Source: an uncultured delta proteobacterium (lineage in GTDB: Bacteria; Myxococcota_A; Polyangia; Fen-1088). Taken from it: a DNA stretch of 64,000 nt. Under the pieces are notes generated by a model. It ran no database searches and had not been told where the DNA came from. It saw only the letters and a program-made list of their open reading frames with translations. Location of the stretch: the NCBI GenBank assembly GCA_963796685.1, contig CAWCMR010000005.1, positions 160,001 to 224,000 of the forward strand. Direction: 5' to 3'. The position numbers and the translations under genes are program-made. This document shows positions 39,930 through 51,375 of the stretch, piece after piece; within the stretch, counting starts at the first letter, position 1, and each line of letters opens with the position of its first letter.

Positions 39930-41153
39930 CTAGGACTCGGACGCGAGCTGGACGCAGACCGCGACCACCTCCATGGCCTTCTTGACCTGGTCGAGCGGTG
40001 GTCGCGTGGGCGAGATGCGGATGTTGCGGTCGTTCGGATCCTTGCCGAAGGGATAGGTGGCGCCCGCGGGCGTGAGCGCGACGCCTGCCTGCTTGGCCAA
40101 TTGCACGACCTTGCTCGCCACCGGCTTCTCGGTGTCCAGGCTGACGAAGTAGCCGCCCTTGGGTTTCGTCCAGCACGCCAATCCCTTGCCGCCCAGCTCC
40201 CTCGACAGGACGTCCTCGACCGCCGCGAACTTGGGCGCGAGCAGCTTGGCGTGCGCCTTCATCACGCCGGCGATGCCGCCGGGATAGCGGCCGAGGAAGA
40301 GCACGTGCCGGTACTGCTCGACCTTGTTGGGGGTGATCATCTGCGTGGCCATCAGCCCGCCGATCCACGCGATGGTTTCCTTGCTGCCGGCAAGGAAGCT
40401 GACGCCTGCGCCGGCGAAGGTGATCTTCGAGGTCGAGCCGAACAGGATCACGCGCGTCAGGTTGCCGGCTTTCTTGGCGGCCCCGAGCAGATCCGGGTGC
40501 GCGGGTGGCGAATCGTCGAGGTGGTGCACGGCATAGGCGTCGTCGGCGAAGATGGTGAAGTCGGGCGCCGCGGTCTTCATGGCGCCCAGGCGATCGGCCA
40601 CCGCCTGCGAGGTGGTGTCGCCGGTTGGGTTGCTGTAGGTCGGGACGTAGAGCAGGCCCTTGATGCTGGCGTCGGAGGCCACCAGCTTCTCGATGGCCGC
40701 GAGGTCCGGCCCGTCCGCGTTCATGCCCACGGTGACCATGGAGATGCCCAGCCGCTCCAGCATCAGGAAGTGCCGGTCGTACCCGGGCACGGTCACGATG
40801 AACTTCACATCGCCCTTGCACCAGGGCGCCGGGCTGCGCGGCACGCCCCTCAGCATGGCCCACATGAGCACGTTGCCTTCCAGGGCCAGGCTGGCGTTGT
40901 TGCCCACGATGACTTCGTCGGGCTCCACACCCAGCATGGGCGCGAAGAGCTCGCGGGCCTCCTTGATGCCGGCGATGCCGCCGGGGTAGTTGCGCAGGGC
41001 CACGCCACTCGGCGTGACCAGCGATTTGTCGTCCACGATGGTCAGCATGGGGTTCGAGATATCGAAGTCGTCGTCCCCCGGCTGCCCGCGGGTCAGATCG
41101 AGCTTGAGACCGAGGGCGCGCAGGGAATCGTAGCGTTCGCGTGTTGTGCTCAT
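39930..41153 (-). CDS. Class I/II PLP aminotransferase (aspartate aminotransferase-like)
   Basis: LDLTRG, VPGYDRHF, YSNPTG, DDAY, STSKITF, PKGGYF. Confidence 0.85.
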   Translation of the reverse strand: MSTTRERYDSLRALGLKLDLTRGQPGDDDFDISNPMLTIVDDKSLVTPSGVALRNYPGGIAGIKEARELFAPMLGVEPDEVIVGNNASLALEGNVLMWAMLRGVPRSPAPWCKGDVKFIVTVPGYDRHFLMLERLGISMVTVGMNADGPDLAAIEKLVASDASIKGLLYVPTYSNPTGDTTSQAVADRLGAMKTAAPDFTIFADDAYAVHHLDDSPPAHPDLLGAAKKAGNLTRVILFGSTSKITFAGAGVSFLAGSKETIAWIGGLMATQMITPNKVEQYRHVLFLGRYPGGIAGVMKAHAKLLAPKFAAVEDVLSRELGGKGLACWTKPKGGYFVSLDTEKPVASKVVQLAKQAGVALTPAGATYPFGKDPNDRNIRISPTRPPLDQVKKAMEVVAVCVQLASES

Positions 41154-41377
41154 GGCTGACTTCATCTGCCCCATCGCGCGGGAAAAATCCAGCACAGTCG
41201 CACAGCCGTTCCGCCTCGCTGCGCTCGGCGACCTCTCCCCGCTACGCGGGGCGAGGTGGTTTCGGATAAGACCACATGTCCTTGAACCGCGCGGTGAGCC
41301 CGCGTAGCATGCACGCTGCTCGGTAACGCGTGTGCTCCGCCGCCCTCCAAGGGCCTGGCGTACATGTGGAGACTACG

Positions 41378-43621
41378 ATGAGACGGGTCGCACGCTTTGT
41401 GATTGCTCTGCTGGCTTCCGGGGCCTTGCTGGCCTGGGTGGCTGCTGCCGTGGTCGAGCGCACGACGCGACGATGGTTCGAGGAAGACATCGTCTCGCGT
41501 GCCAGCGCGGTGGGAAACAGCGCGCGCCATGAGCTGCTTTCGCACTGGTCGCCCGCGCAGAGCGACGCCCTGACCCATATCCTGGACAACATCGCCGGCG
41601 AGGAACGCATCATGGCCGCGGCAGCGTGTTCGGTCGGCATGGAAATGCTCGCGCACTCGCCCCTCATGCCACCCAAGATCTCCTGCCCGGCCATCGGCAA
41701 GCGCATGGCCGAAAGCCGCGCCCGGGTCGAGCCTTCCGCCGAGCCCAGCCCGGTCTGGGGAGCCGTGTGGGGCCTGCCCGGCGGCGACGTTCATGTCAGC
41801 GCGGTCCCCCTGGTGCGCGAGGACCAGCTGCAGGGGTATTTGATTCTCGTGCACGACCTCTCGTTCGTCGAGCGCCGCGAGGCCAAGACCAAGAGCTTCC
41901 TGTTCCTGACCTTCGGGCTCCTCGTCCTCGGCGCTTCGGTCATCACCATCGTGGCGGCGCGCCTGTCGTGGCGCGGGTTCCGCAAGGAGCTCCGCCGCTT
42001 CATTCAGGGCGAATCGCAGCGCAAGGAATTCCTGCCCATCATTCACGACGTGCGCGAGCTGGTCGAACGCCTGGCCGCCGAACGCGAGCTCGACGGACAG
42101 AGCGGCGCCTGGAGCCCGCAACGTCTCAAGCAGACCCTGGTGCGCCACTTCCCGGGCGAAAAGGTCATCGTGCTCGCCAACCGCGAGCCCTACATTCACG
42201 ATCGCCAGAAAGACGGCACCATCCAGGTTCGGCACCCGGCCAGCGGTCTGGTCACCGCGGTCGAGCCCGTGCTGCGCGCTTGCTCGGGGGTGTGGGTTGC
42301 CCACGGCAGCGGCACCGCCGACCACGACGTCGTGGATCGCAAGGATCACGTGCGCGTGCCCCCGGACGAGAAATCCTATTCCCTGCGCAGGGTGTGGCTC
42401 ACCGAGGAAGAGAACCGCGGCTACTACTACGGCCTGGCCAACGAAGGCCTGTGGCCGCTGTGCCACCTGGCCCACATGCGCCCGCTCTTTCGCGGCAACG
42501 ACTGGGCCGCCTACACCGCGGTCAATCGCAAGTTCGCCGAGGCGGTGTGCAAGGAGGCCGAGTCGGACGATCCGGTGGTGCTGGTGCAAGACTACCACTA
42601 CGCCCTGGCGCCGCGCCTCATCCGCGAGCGCCTACCGCGCGCCACCATCATCACCTTCTGGCACATCCCCTGGCCGAACTCCGAGCGCCTCGGCATTTGT
42701 CCCTGGCCCACCGAGCTTCTGGAAGGCCTGCTCGGCAGCAGCATCCTGGGCTTCCAGACGCAGCTCTACTGCAACAACTTCTTCGATTCCGTGGACCGCT
42801 ATCTCGAGGCGCGCATCGATCGCGAACAGAGCGCCGTCGTCCAGCGCGGGCAATCGACCCTCATCCGGCCCTACCCCATTTCCATCGCCTGGCCCAGCGA
42901 TTGGGCACAAAGCGCGCCCGCCGTCGAGGAATGCCGGCGCGCCGTGTTCGCCGAGCTGGGCTTGGGCCCGGACGCCCTGCTCGGCGTCGGCGTGGATCGC
43001 CTCGACTACACCAAGGGCATCGAAGAGCGCTTCTTCGCCGTCGAGCGTCTGCTCGAGCGCTTCCCCGCCTACATCGGCCGCTTCACCTTCGTGCAGTTGG
43101 CAGCCCCCAGCCGCACCCTCATCGAAAACTATCGGCAGCTCGACGAGACGGTCGAGAAGACCGCGAAGCGTATCAACACCCGCTTCGGCAGAGCGGGCTA
43201 CGAGCCCATCCGGCTCTTGCGCACCCACCACGAGCCCCCGACGGTGTTCCGATTCTACCGCGCCGCCGACGTGTGCTACGTCAGCAGCTTGCACGACGGC
43301 ATGAACCTGGTGGCCAAGGAATTCGTGGCCGCGCGCGACGACGAGCGCGGCGTGCTGGTGTTGAGCCAGTTTACCGGCGCGGCCCGCGAGCTGGCCGAGG
43401 CCCTGGTGGTCAACCCCTACGACCTCGAGGAAGCCAGCTCGGCCCTGGCGTCGGCGCTGACCATGCCGGCCGAGGAGCAGCGCGACCGCATGCACGCCAT
43501 GCGCGCCTTCCTGGCCGAGTTCAACGTGTACCGCTGGGCGGGCGGCATGTTGATGGACGCCGCGCGCTTGCGCAAGAAGGAAGACGTCCGTGGGCGCGTC
43601 GGCGAGAAATTGTCCCGGTGA
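41378..43621 (+). CDS. otsA: Trehalose-6-phosphate synthase with N-terminal membrane/periplasmic domain
   Basis: [41 protein letters not shown]; two TM helices in the first ~200 aa. Confidence 0.9.
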   Translation: MRRVARFVIALLASGALLAWVAAAVVERTTRRWFEEDIVSRASAVGNSARHELLSHWSPAQSDALTHILDNIAGEERIMAAAACSVGMEMLAHSPLMPPKISCPAIGKRMAESRARVEPSAEPSPVWGAVWGLPGGDVHVSAVPLVREDQLQGYLILVHDLSFVERREAKTKSFLFLTFGLLVLGASVITIVAARLSWRGFRKELRRFIQGESQRKEFLPIIHDVRELVERLAAERELDGQSGAWSPQRLKQTLVRHFPGEKVIVLANREPYIHDRQKDGTIQVRHPASGLVTAVEPVLRACSGVWVAHGSGTADHDVVDRKDHVRVPPDEKSYSLRRVWLTEEENRGYYYGLANEGLWPLCHLAHMRPLFRGNDWAAYTAVNRKFAEAVCKEAESDDPVVLVQDYHYALAPRLIRERLPRATIITFWHIPWPNSERLGICPWPTELLEGLLGSSILGFQTQLYCNNFFDSVDRYLEARIDREQSAVVQRGQSTLIRPYPISIAWPSDWAQSAPAVEECRRAVFAELGLGPDALLGVGVDRLDYTKGIEERFFAVERLLERFPAYIGRFTFVQLAAPSRTLIENYRQLDETVEKTAKRINTRFGRAGYEPIRLLRTHHEPPTVFRFYRAADVCYVSSLHDGMNLVAKEFVAARDDERGVLVLSQFTGAARELAEALVVNPYDLEEASSALASALTMPAEEQRDRMHAMRAFLAEFNVYRWAGGMLMDAARLRKKEDVRGRVGEKLSR

Positions 43622-44454
43622 AGAACATCCTGGCAAAAGAGCAGCAGTCCATCCTCGGCGGCTTTGCCCAAGAGCACGTCTTGCTGGCCTTCGACTTCGA
43701 CGGCACGCTGGCCCCGATCGTCCGCGATCCAAAGGCCGCGGCCATGCGGGCGCGCACCGGGGCGCTGCTGGCCAAGGTGGCCAAGCTCTACCCGTGCGCG
43801 GTCATCTCCGGCCGCGCGCGCGCTGACGTCCTGAAGAAGGTCCACGCCATTCCCCTGCGCGCCGTGTTCGGCAACCACGGCATGGAGCCGTCGCCCAAGC
43901 TGCGCGTGTGGCGGCGGCTGGCCACCCGATGGCAGGCCCGGCTCACGTCCGAGCTGCCGCCCATCGCCGGGTTGGTCATCGAGAACAAAGGGGTCAGTCT
44001 CGCCGTCCACTACCGCAAGGCGCGTGCGCGCGCCGAGGTCCGACGCCTGGTTCTCGACGCCGCGGCCGAGTTGCGCGGTACGCGCATCATCGAGGGCAAG
44101 ATGGTGGTGAACGTCCTGCCCGCCGGCGCCCCGGACAAAGGCACCGCCCTCATGAGCCTGCGCAAGCGCCTGCGCTGCGAATCCGCCATCTACGTCGGCG
44201 ACGACGACAACGACGAAGACGTCTTCGCCCTGGCCCGGCAAATTCGCCTGCTTGGCATTCGCGTCGGCCGCTCGCCCCGCTCGCAGGCGGCCTGCTTCGT
44301 GCCCGGCCAACGGGCCATCGACCAACTGCTCGCCAAGTTGGCCCAAGCCCGCCGGCCGCCAGGCGCACCGCGGGCTATTGAAATTCCTGCCCGGTCAGCT
44401 GTTCCAGCGTCTGCCGGAGGTCGCGCAGATCGAAGGGCTTGGGTAGCAGGGTGA
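43618..44454 (+). CDS. otsB: Trehalose-6-phosphate phosphatase
   Basis: DFDGTLAPI, ISGR, GNHG, YVGDDDNDED; GTGA overlap with otsA. Confidence 0.92.
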   Translation: MKNILAKEQQSILGGFAQEHVLLAFDFDGTLAPIVRDPKAAAMRARTGALLAKVAKLYPCAVISGRARADVLKKVHAIPLRAVFGNHGMEPSPKLRVWRRLATRWQARLTSELPPIAGLVIENKGVSLAVHYRKARARAEVRRLVLDAAAELRGTRIIEGKMVVNVLPAGAPDKGTALMSLRKRLRCESAIYVGDDDNDEDVFALARQIRLLGIRVGRSPRSQAACFVPGQRAIDQLLAKLAQARRPPGAPRAIEIPARSAVPASAGGRADRRAWVAG

Positions 44455-46855
44455 CGTGGGCATGGGCCTCGACCAGGTCGATGGCCGCCTGGTCGGCGCG
44501 GCCCGTGGCCAGCAGCACGGGCACGCGGGGCAGCAAGGAGCGGATGCGTGGCAGGGTGGCGGCGCCGTCCATGCCCGGCATGTTCATGTCGAGAATGACC
44601 AGGTCCGGTGCAAAACCGTCGGCGATCATGGCCAGGGCGCCTTCGCCTCCGGTCACGGAGGTGGCGTCGTGGCCAAGGTTCTTCAGCAACCGGCGGATGG
44701 CGTGTTGAAGAAGCTCGTCGTCGTCGACGACGAGAATTCGTAGCGCCTTCTGCTCCTGCCTGGGCTGCGCTTCGACCGTCGCCTTGGACTCCTCGACGCC
44801 GGGATTGCAGACCGGGAAGTACATTCTGACCTGGGTTCCCTTGCCCACCTCGCTGAGGAGCTCCATGTTTCCCTGGTGGGCCTTCACGGTGCCGAAGACG
44901 ATGGGCAGGCCGAGACCGGTTCCCTTGCCCTGGGGCTTGGTGGTGAAGAAGGGATCCAGCGCCTTGTCCAGCACCTCTTTGGGCATGCCGCTTCCGGTAT
45001 CCGCCACCTCCAGAACGATGGTGTCGTCGGCCTGGTTGCGGGTCCGCACGGATAGGGTGCCACCGTCGGGCATCGCATCCACCGCGTTCACGCACAGATT
45101 CATGAGCGCGTGGCCGAGGGCCGCCGAGTCGCCGCGCAGATGAAGGAGATCCTTGCAGAGATCCGTCTCGAGGTGAATCCGCTGCAGGGTCGTTCGCTCG
45201 AGCAGGGCCACCGCTTCCCGTACCACCACGTTCAAATCCAGCTCACGCTCCTCGGGCAAGCTATCGCGGGCAAAGCCCAAGAGTCCCCGCACCATGGAGC
45301 CGCCCCGCTCGCACGCCTTGACGATGGTCTCCATGTCCTTGCGCAGGACCGAGCCTTGCGGGGCATCGACGAGGTGAATGCTGGCCAGCCCGAGAACGGC
45401 TCCGAGCACGTTGTTCATGTCGTGCGCGACGCCGCCCGCCAGCGCCCCCAAGCTCTCCATCTTTTCATTGTGCCGCGCCTGGGCCTCGTAGCGCAGACGC
45501 TCCTTTTCGAGTCGGGTGCGTTCGCTGAGATCGCGAAGGCTGGCCACGGTGTGCAGACCTCCCCCGCGCTCGTAGGTCGAAAGGTGGATCTCCATGGGGA
45601 ATTTGGTCCCGTCCCTGCGCAGGCCGGTCGCCTCGTACCGCGTGGGGACGTCCGCTCCCTGCGCGCGGGCTTCCATGTTGGCGAGCACCGCGTACCGACT
45701 CTCGGGGGCGATGAGGTCGAGCAACGAAACCCCGACCAAGTCTTCGGCCCGCTGGTAACCGAACATGGAAAGAAACGCCGGATTGACCATCTCGTGTAGG
45801 CCGTGTTGCACGACCCCGATGGCGTCCTGCGAGCTTTCGAAGATGGCGCGCAATTCCGCCTCGCGCTCGGCCAGCGCCCTGTCCGCCTTCTTGCGCTCGG
45901 CGATGTTGCGCGCGATCCCGAAGATGCCCACGATGCGCCCGTCCTCGCCGCGGATGCCCGTGGCCGTGACCTCGGTCCAGATCGTCGAGCCATTCTTGCA
46001 CCGCTCTTCGAGCTCGCGTCTGAACTCGGGGAACGGATCGTTTCGGGCCGCGGCCTCGACGACGAGGCGAAGCTCCTCGCGCGCCAGGGCCGCCGAAGCC
46101 GGGATGAAGGCCTCTTCCAGCGTCATGCCCATCAACTCGGCCGGCGTGTAGCCGCGGACCTTCTGCACGGACGGGCTGACGAAGGCGAAGCGGCCCTGGA
46201 AATCCAGGGTCCAGATCTCGTCCACCGCGTTCTCGATGAGCAGGCGGTAGCGCTCCTCGCTGGCCTGCAAGGCTTGCAAGGTTCCCCGAACCCGCTGGCG
46301 CTCGCGGTTGAACCCGCCTTGAACCACCCAGAGGATCAACGCCGACAAGGACATGCTGATCAGATAACCGCTGGACACGTCCAGCAACCGATCGACAGGC
46401 GACTGGAAGGCCCGAGGAATCGCCGGCCAGGTGAACTCGATGAGGTGCAGGGCGATGATGTTCGCTACCAGCGCCATCATGCCGACGATGCGAAAGCCCC
46501 GCTTGAAGAAGAGGACCAGGAACAGCCCGGCCGTGAAGAAATAGAGACCGATGCTGCCTTGAGAACCACCGTTGGGAAACCAGATGAGGTCGAGCAGGAC
46601 GACCAGGCAGATGAGATAGGCCTTCTTGTAGTAGCGCCCCCTGCGAGCCGCCCAGGCAGATGCCAGGGAGACGAAGGCGAAAGCGATGATCCCACGGTCT
46701 ATCCACGGACTAAGGTTCTGGAGGTAGTTCAGCGGAAGGATGACGAAGAGGCAGATGACCCCGCCGAGCAGGCACAGGGTCTGGAAGAGCTGGTCCTCCA
46801 GGGGCAGGCTGGAATCCGAGACCAACCGCCGCTTCCAATCTTTCAAGTCAGGCAT
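44375..46855 (-). CDS. Membrane hybrid histidine kinase (2 PAS, HisKA, HATPase, receiver)
   Basis: [42 protein letters not shown]. Confidence 0.92.
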   Translation of the reverse strand: MPDLKDWKRRLVSDSSLPLEDQLFQTLCLLGGVICLFVILPLNYLQNLSPWIDRGIIAFAFVSLASAWAARRGRYYKKAYLICLVVLLDLIWFPNGGSQGSIGLYFFTAGLFLVLFFKRGFRIVGMMALVANIIALHLIEFTWPAIPRAFQSPVDRLLDVSSGYLISMSLSALILWVVQGGFNRERQRVRGTLQALQASEERYRLLIENAVDEIWTLDFQGRFAFVSPSVQKVRGYTPAELMGMTLEEAFIPASAALAREELRLVVEAAARNDPFPEFRRELEERCKNGSTIWTEVTATGIRGEDGRIVGIFGIARNIAERKKADRALAEREAELRAIFESSQDAIGVVQHGLHEMVNPAFLSMFGYQRAEDLVGVSLLDLIAPESRYAVLANMEARAQGADVPTRYEATGLRRDGTKFPMEIHLSTYERGGGLHTVASLRDLSERTRLEKERLRYEAQARHNEKMESLGALAGGVAHDMNNVLGAVLGLASIHLVDAPQGSVLRKDMETIVKACERGGSMVRGLLGFARDSLPEERELDLNVVVREAVALLERTTLQRIHLETDLCKDLLHLRGDSAALGHALMNLCVNAVDAMPDGGTLSVRTRNQADDTIVLEVADTGSGMPKEVLDKALDPFFTTKPQGKGTGLGLPIVFGTVKAHQGNMELLSEVGKGTQVRMYFPVCNPGVEESKATVEAQPRQEQKALRILVVDDDELLQHAIRRLLKNLGHDATSVTGGEGALAMIADGFAPDLVILDMNMPGMDGAATLPRIRSLLPRVPVLLATGRADQAAIDLVEAHAHVTLLPKPFDLRDLRQTLEQLTGQEFQ

Positions 46856-46980
46856 CGACCATCACTCCAAGACACCGGGCCTGCCTCGAGCGGCGACGCC
46901 GGAGAGTCCATGGTAGACCGGAAATGGGGAGACCACCACCCGAGGCCCACAATTCCGCGATAGCCGCAGAAGGTCGTGGC

Positions 46981-47860
46981 CCTCCGCGCCGCTCCGAGGG
47001 TACTTCTTTCCGCGCCGCTCCGAGGGTACTTCGGGCACGCGCCACTCCGAGGGTACTTCTCCGTGCCGTGTGCCGTGGCCGTGGCCGGTTGAACCGCGGG
47101 TTCTCCGCTCCGAGGGTACTTCTCACGGGTTCTCCGCTCCGAGGGTACTTCTCAGAAGGTCGCCTAGCCCCGCTCCCCTAGCCCCGCTCCGAGGGTACTT
47201 CTCAGAAGGTCGTGGCCGGGCACGCGCCACTCCGAGGGTACTTCTCCGTGCCGTGTGCCGTGGCCGTGGCCGGTTGAACCGCGGGTTCTCCGCTCCGAGG
47301 GTACTTCTCACGGGTTCTCCGCTCCGAGGGGGCACGCGCCGCTCCGAGGGTACTTCTCAGAAGGTCGTGGCCGTTGGGGGGAACGCGCCGCTCCGAGGGT
47401 ACTTCTCCGGGGCACGCGCCGCTCCGAGGGTACTTCTCAGAAGGTCGTGGCCGTTGGTCGTGGTCGTGGCCGGTTGTAATTACCCTCGGTCGGCTGTAAT
47501 GCTGTAATTACCCTCGGCCACGCCCACGGCCACGGTAAGCGTCTACGTCCACGACCACCGTCATCGCTCCCTCCGCGCCGCTCCGAGGGTACTTCTTCCG
47601 CGCCGCTCCGAGGGTACTTCGGGCACGCGCCGCTCCGAGGGTACTTCTCCGTGCCGTGTGCCGTGGTCGTGGCCGTGCGCGGGTTCTCCGCTCCGAGGGT
47701 ACTTCTCACGGGTTCTCCGCTCCGAGGGTACTTCTCAGAAGGTCGCCTAGCCCCGCTCCCCTAGCCCCGCTCCGAGGGTACTTCTCAGAAGGTCGTGGCC
47801 GTGGTCGTGGTCGTGGCCGGTTGTAATTACCCTCGGTCGGCTGTAGTTACCCCTCGGTCG
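46981..47860 (+). repeat. Mosaic tandem cluster of REP-like CTCCGAGGGTACTT (~17 copies)
   Basis: About 17 direct copies counted by eye with short reused linkers, plus inverted TTACCCTCGG copies. Confidence 0.92.
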
Positions 47861-48095
47861 GCTGTAGTTACCCACGGCCACGGCCAAGGCCACGGTAAGC
47901 CGGTTACGTCCACGACCACCCGTCATCGCTCCGATTGGGTGCGTGCATCCGTCGTGGAAAGGTGTCTCTTTCTGGTACCTTCCGCGCCGTCGCTCTTCTT
48001 GTCGAAGTGACAGCCACTCGACCCGTGGGCGGCATTCTGGTAGGTTGTGCGGGCCGTGGGTACCATGTCCTACCCCTCCCGCGGACGCGATCCTC

Positions 48096-48845
48096 ATGAG
48101 CAGGAGAATGCCGGTGACAAACGATCCAAGAAACCGCCTCCGTGGAATGGCCCTCGTTGCGGGTCTGTGCATCGGACTTCCGCTGGCGGCTTGTCACCCC
48201 AAACCTCCGCAGGCCCAGCCCTCCGATCAGCTCACCGGGAACGACGCGAAGTTCATCGAGCGCATGGAAAAGATGCGCGCGCGCGCGAAGAACGCCCCGG
48301 GCGGCGCCACCGAAGCCTCGGACTTTGCCGCCTATGTGACCATGCTGTACACGCAGGGCGTTGCCAAGCGCCGCTCGATTTCACCAGAGCTCGTCGATGA
48401 GGCCGTCCAGTGCCTCGACCGCGCCAGCGAAGCCAAGCCGGACGACGCTCCCGATTTGCTGATACGCAAGGGTGAGCTGCTCCTGGCCGCGGACAAGGGC
48501 CAACTCGGCGTGAAGGCCTTGCGCGAGTCGGTCGCGCTTCGGCCATCGCTGCGGGCTTTCAATCCGCTGGCCAAGGTCTACGCGGCGGAGAAGCAATCGA
48601 CCGAGCTGGTCGCCCTGTGCAAGAAGACCTTGCCGGCGATGAAGTCCGACGAGAGCCGCTACGCCTTGCTCGACGATTGCCTCAAGTACAGCGGCGCGAC
48701 CGCACCCGAGGTAGGCCTCGGCTGGGCCCCGCCCAAAGAGCTGGCCTTTTACAAAACCCGCCGCCGCGAGCTGGAAGCCCGCCTGGAAGCGGCGAGCAAA
48801 CAACGGGCCAAGGAAGAGCGAAAGGAAGCCAAGGAAAAGCGCTAG
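48096..48845 (+). CDS. TPR-like lipoprotein
   Basis: Lipobox LAAC; helical repeats; start uncertain. Confidence 0.65.
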   Translation: MSRRMPVTNDPRNRLRGMALVAGLCIGLPLAACHPKPPQAQPSDQLTGNDAKFIERMEKMRARAKNAPGGATEASDFAAYVTMLYTQGVAKRRSISPELVDEAVQCLDRASEAKPDDAPDLLIRKGELLLAADKGQLGVKALRESVALRPSLRAFNPLAKVYAAEKQSTELVALCKKTLPAMKSDESRYALLDDCLKYSGATAPEVGLGWAPPKELAFYKTRRRELEARLEAASKQRAKEERKEAKEKR

Positions 48846-48995
48846 CCCCTCCGAGGGTACTCCTCGTCGGCTCGTGCTAGCCCCTCCTAGGGTACTCGCT
48901 AGCCCTCCGTGCTAGCCCCTCCGAGGGTACTCGCTAGCCCATCCGTGCTAGCCCCTCCGAGGCTACTCCTCCCGCTAGCCCCTCGTCGCTAGCCC
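48841..48995 (+). repeat. Second REP-like cluster (GCTAGCCCCTCCGAGGGTACT variants)
   Basis: About 8 GCTAGCCC units, 4 with a GAGGGTACT-like core. Confidence 0.85.
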
Positions 48996-49066
48996 CGGCG
49001 GTCCCCGCCCCCGCGGATTGGATTTGGTCTCGGGTGCAGGTCCCCTCGATGAGGCCCCCAGGAAGT

Positions 49067-49369
49067 TCAGAGGCGGCGTCCCCAGTAGGCTGGGCGGCGG
49101 CTGTGGTGAGCGATTGCGACGATTTGGATCCGTTCGTCGACCACGCGATAGACGACCGAGAAGGGAAATCGCCGGACGATGTGGCGCCGAGCGCAGGCGA
49201 AAGCGGGCCATCGCTGTGGGGCCGCGACGATCGTGGCGATTGTGTCGTCTACGGCGAGGACGAATTTCGCACCGAGACCACGCTGCCGCCGCTCGTACCA
49301 GCGAGCCGCTAGGCGCAAGTCCAGCGTCGCCTCGGCGTGAATGCTGTATGGCTTCTTAGGGTCGGGCAC
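49067..49369 (-). CDS. RelE/ParE family toxin
   Basis: AARWYERRQRGLG..F, RRFPFSVVY, IVAIAHHSRRPAYW. Confidence 0.85.
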   Translation of the reverse strand: MPDPKKPYSIHAEATLDLRLAARWYERRQRGLGAKFVLAVDDTIATIVAAPQRWPAFACARRHIVRRFPFSVVYRVVDERIQIVAIAHHSRRPAYWGRRL

Positions 49370-49374
49370 GGAGG

Positions 49375-49596
49375 TCAGCAAGGATTCTCGTCTCGGACCT
49401 CGTCCCAGTCGCGAAGGACAGCACGGCCAGCGTCGACATCGGCGCAACGTCGTTCGATCTCGGCGGCCCACGCCTGCTCGATTTCCGCTGAGGCAAAGCC
49501 GCCATGCAAGCTCGCGGCCAGTTTGTCCACTAGCATCTCCCGATCTTTCTCAGGAAGCTCAAGCGCAGCTTCCAGGATTTCCTGCGACTGCCGCAT
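49375..49596 (-). CDS. Addiction module antitoxin (TIGR02574-like)
   Basis: ILEAALELP..RE.LVDKL, WAAEIERR; upstream of the ParE gene. Confidence 0.85.
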   Translation of the reverse strand: MRQSQEILEAALELPEKDREMLVDKLAASLHGGFASAEIEQAWAAEIERRCADVDAGRAVLRDWDEVRDENPC

Positions 49597-49769
49597 GGTT
49601 TGAGTTTAGCGCGTCCACGAGCAGGAGGGAGCATCATTCTGCAGGGTCTCCGTCTCCTATCCCTCGGCTCCTATCCGAGGGTACTTGCTCCGGCTCCTAT
49701 CCGCGGGTACTTCTGCACGAGGGTAATTCTGCGCGCAACTTTCCTGGCAGCGCTTCCGAGAACCCACGC

Positions 49770-50720
49770 ATGACCCTCCCTCGCCAAGTCGTGCCCGGTC
49801 GTGACTACATGATAACCCGCCGCTGTTCCGAGCGGCGTTTCTTCCTGCGCCCGGACGAGGACACCAACAACGCCTTCATCTATTGCCTCGGTTTGGCCGC
49901 CCAACGTGCCAAGGTTCAGGTCACCTTCTCGGTCGCCATGTCGAACCATCACCACACAGGCATCCACGACCCCGACGGCAATTTCCCTATCTTCACCGAG
50001 CACTTCCACGGACTTCTCGCCCGCTGCCAAAACGCGCACCTCGGCCGCTTCGAGAACTTCTGGTCCTCCGAAGCGACCTCGATCGTCAGACTCGTCGAAG
50101 CCAACGACATCATCGAAAAGATGACCTACGCCTTTGCCAATCCCTCCGCCGCTGATTTGGTCGACACCATCGAGGAATGGCCAGGCGTCGCCACGTTCGA
50201 CGCTACCCTCTCCGGTGGTTGCGTCACCGCCACGCGCCCCAAGCACTTCTTCCGCGACGACGGTGGCATGCCCGACGTCATCAACCTGCGCATGGCCAGG
50301 CCCCATGGCTTCGAGAAGCTCGAGCCAAGCGAGTGGTCCAAGCTCATCACCGAGCGTCTCCGGGCCAAGGAGGCCGACCACCGACAAAGACGAGCAGCCC
50401 AAGGCATCACCGTGCTTGGCCGCGAGCGCATCCTCCGACAGAAGCCGTCTGATTGTCCGGATGGCCATGCCCCTCGCTTTCAGATGAGCCCTCAAGTCGC
50501 CGCCAAGAACAAATGGGCGCGGATTGAGGCCTTGCTTCGCAATCGCGGTTTCATCGAAAGGTACCGGGCGGCGTTCTTGGCCCACGTCTCTGGACTGGCC
50601 GACGTACTGTTTCCATTTGGAACCTACTGGATGCGGAAGGTCGCCAAAGTTGCATGTGAAGCTGCGGAGGTGGTCGAGGCAGCAACCCGAGACCCGGCGG
50701 CCAGTCCTGCGCCCGCATAG
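49770..50720 (+). mobile_element. REP-associated tyrosine (HUH/Y1) transposase, RAYT-like
   Basis: PR...PG..Y.ITRRC, MSNHHH (HUH), GRFENFW, YAFANP..A.LV...EWP; flanked by inverted GAGGGTAC repeats. Confidence 0.85.
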
Positions 50721-50920
50721 CCGGCACTCTCTACTCCCGTCAAAGGCGACCAGAGACGCCAACGCGCCCTGGCACGGGCCTACCTGAATGCTGGGGCCAC
50801 GAGACTGCCGCACATCGGATGCGCACACCAGACGGCAGAAAGGCTGCCATTCCACGCACGGATGTCCCCGCACGACGCTATTCCCCCTTACCGTCGGTGC
50901 GGGCTCCACGCGGTGCGGGA

Positions 50921-51220
50921 TCCCCAGATTTACCCTCGGTACGGACTCCCCTGCGGGCTCCACCGGGCTCCCCAGATTTACCCTCGTACGGACTCCGCCA
51001 TGAGATCACAATCTGTGATCTCAAGTTGGGGCGGCCGTCGCACGCCGCCCAGCTCTCCTTGGACGGGTCGTCAGTTGTCAGAACCTGGCCCAACCTGATG
51101 CCTTTCCTGAGAGTTGCGGGACTTGGATCTAGTCTCGGATGCTTGTGGAAGAAAGTTGCTTCAAAAGTACCCTCGGAGAGGAGGAACCTGGAGAAAAGTA
51201 CCCTCGGAGAGGAACCTGGG
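50921..51220 (-). repeat. REP-like repeats downstream of RAYT, inverted orientation
   Basis: CCCCAGATTTACCCTCG(G)TACGGACTCC x2; AAAAGTACCCTCGGAGAGG x2. Confidence 0.8.
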
Positions 51221-51375
51221 ATCACCAGCGACGGCTTCTTGTCATCGTGGAAAGGACACAGCCCGATCAAGTCCGCCCCGTGCCGCTTCAGCTCCACGCC
51301 CCGCGCCTCCGCCAGCCTCTGGATGGAGACCTGGCTTTTCAGCCGCTCGAGCTCGACGTCAGGGACACGTGCCAT
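51221..51375 (-). pseudogene. N-terminal remnant of element primase
   Basis: MARVPDVELERLKS...GLCPFHDDKKPSLVI matches the N-terminus of 57592-60660, then breaks at REP repeats. Confidence 0.9.

Noticed and set aside
46981-47860. Possible CRISPR array
   Set aside because: The repeat is only ~14-16 bp, spacers are irregular and reused, and there are no cas genes. The adjacent RAYT explains it better.
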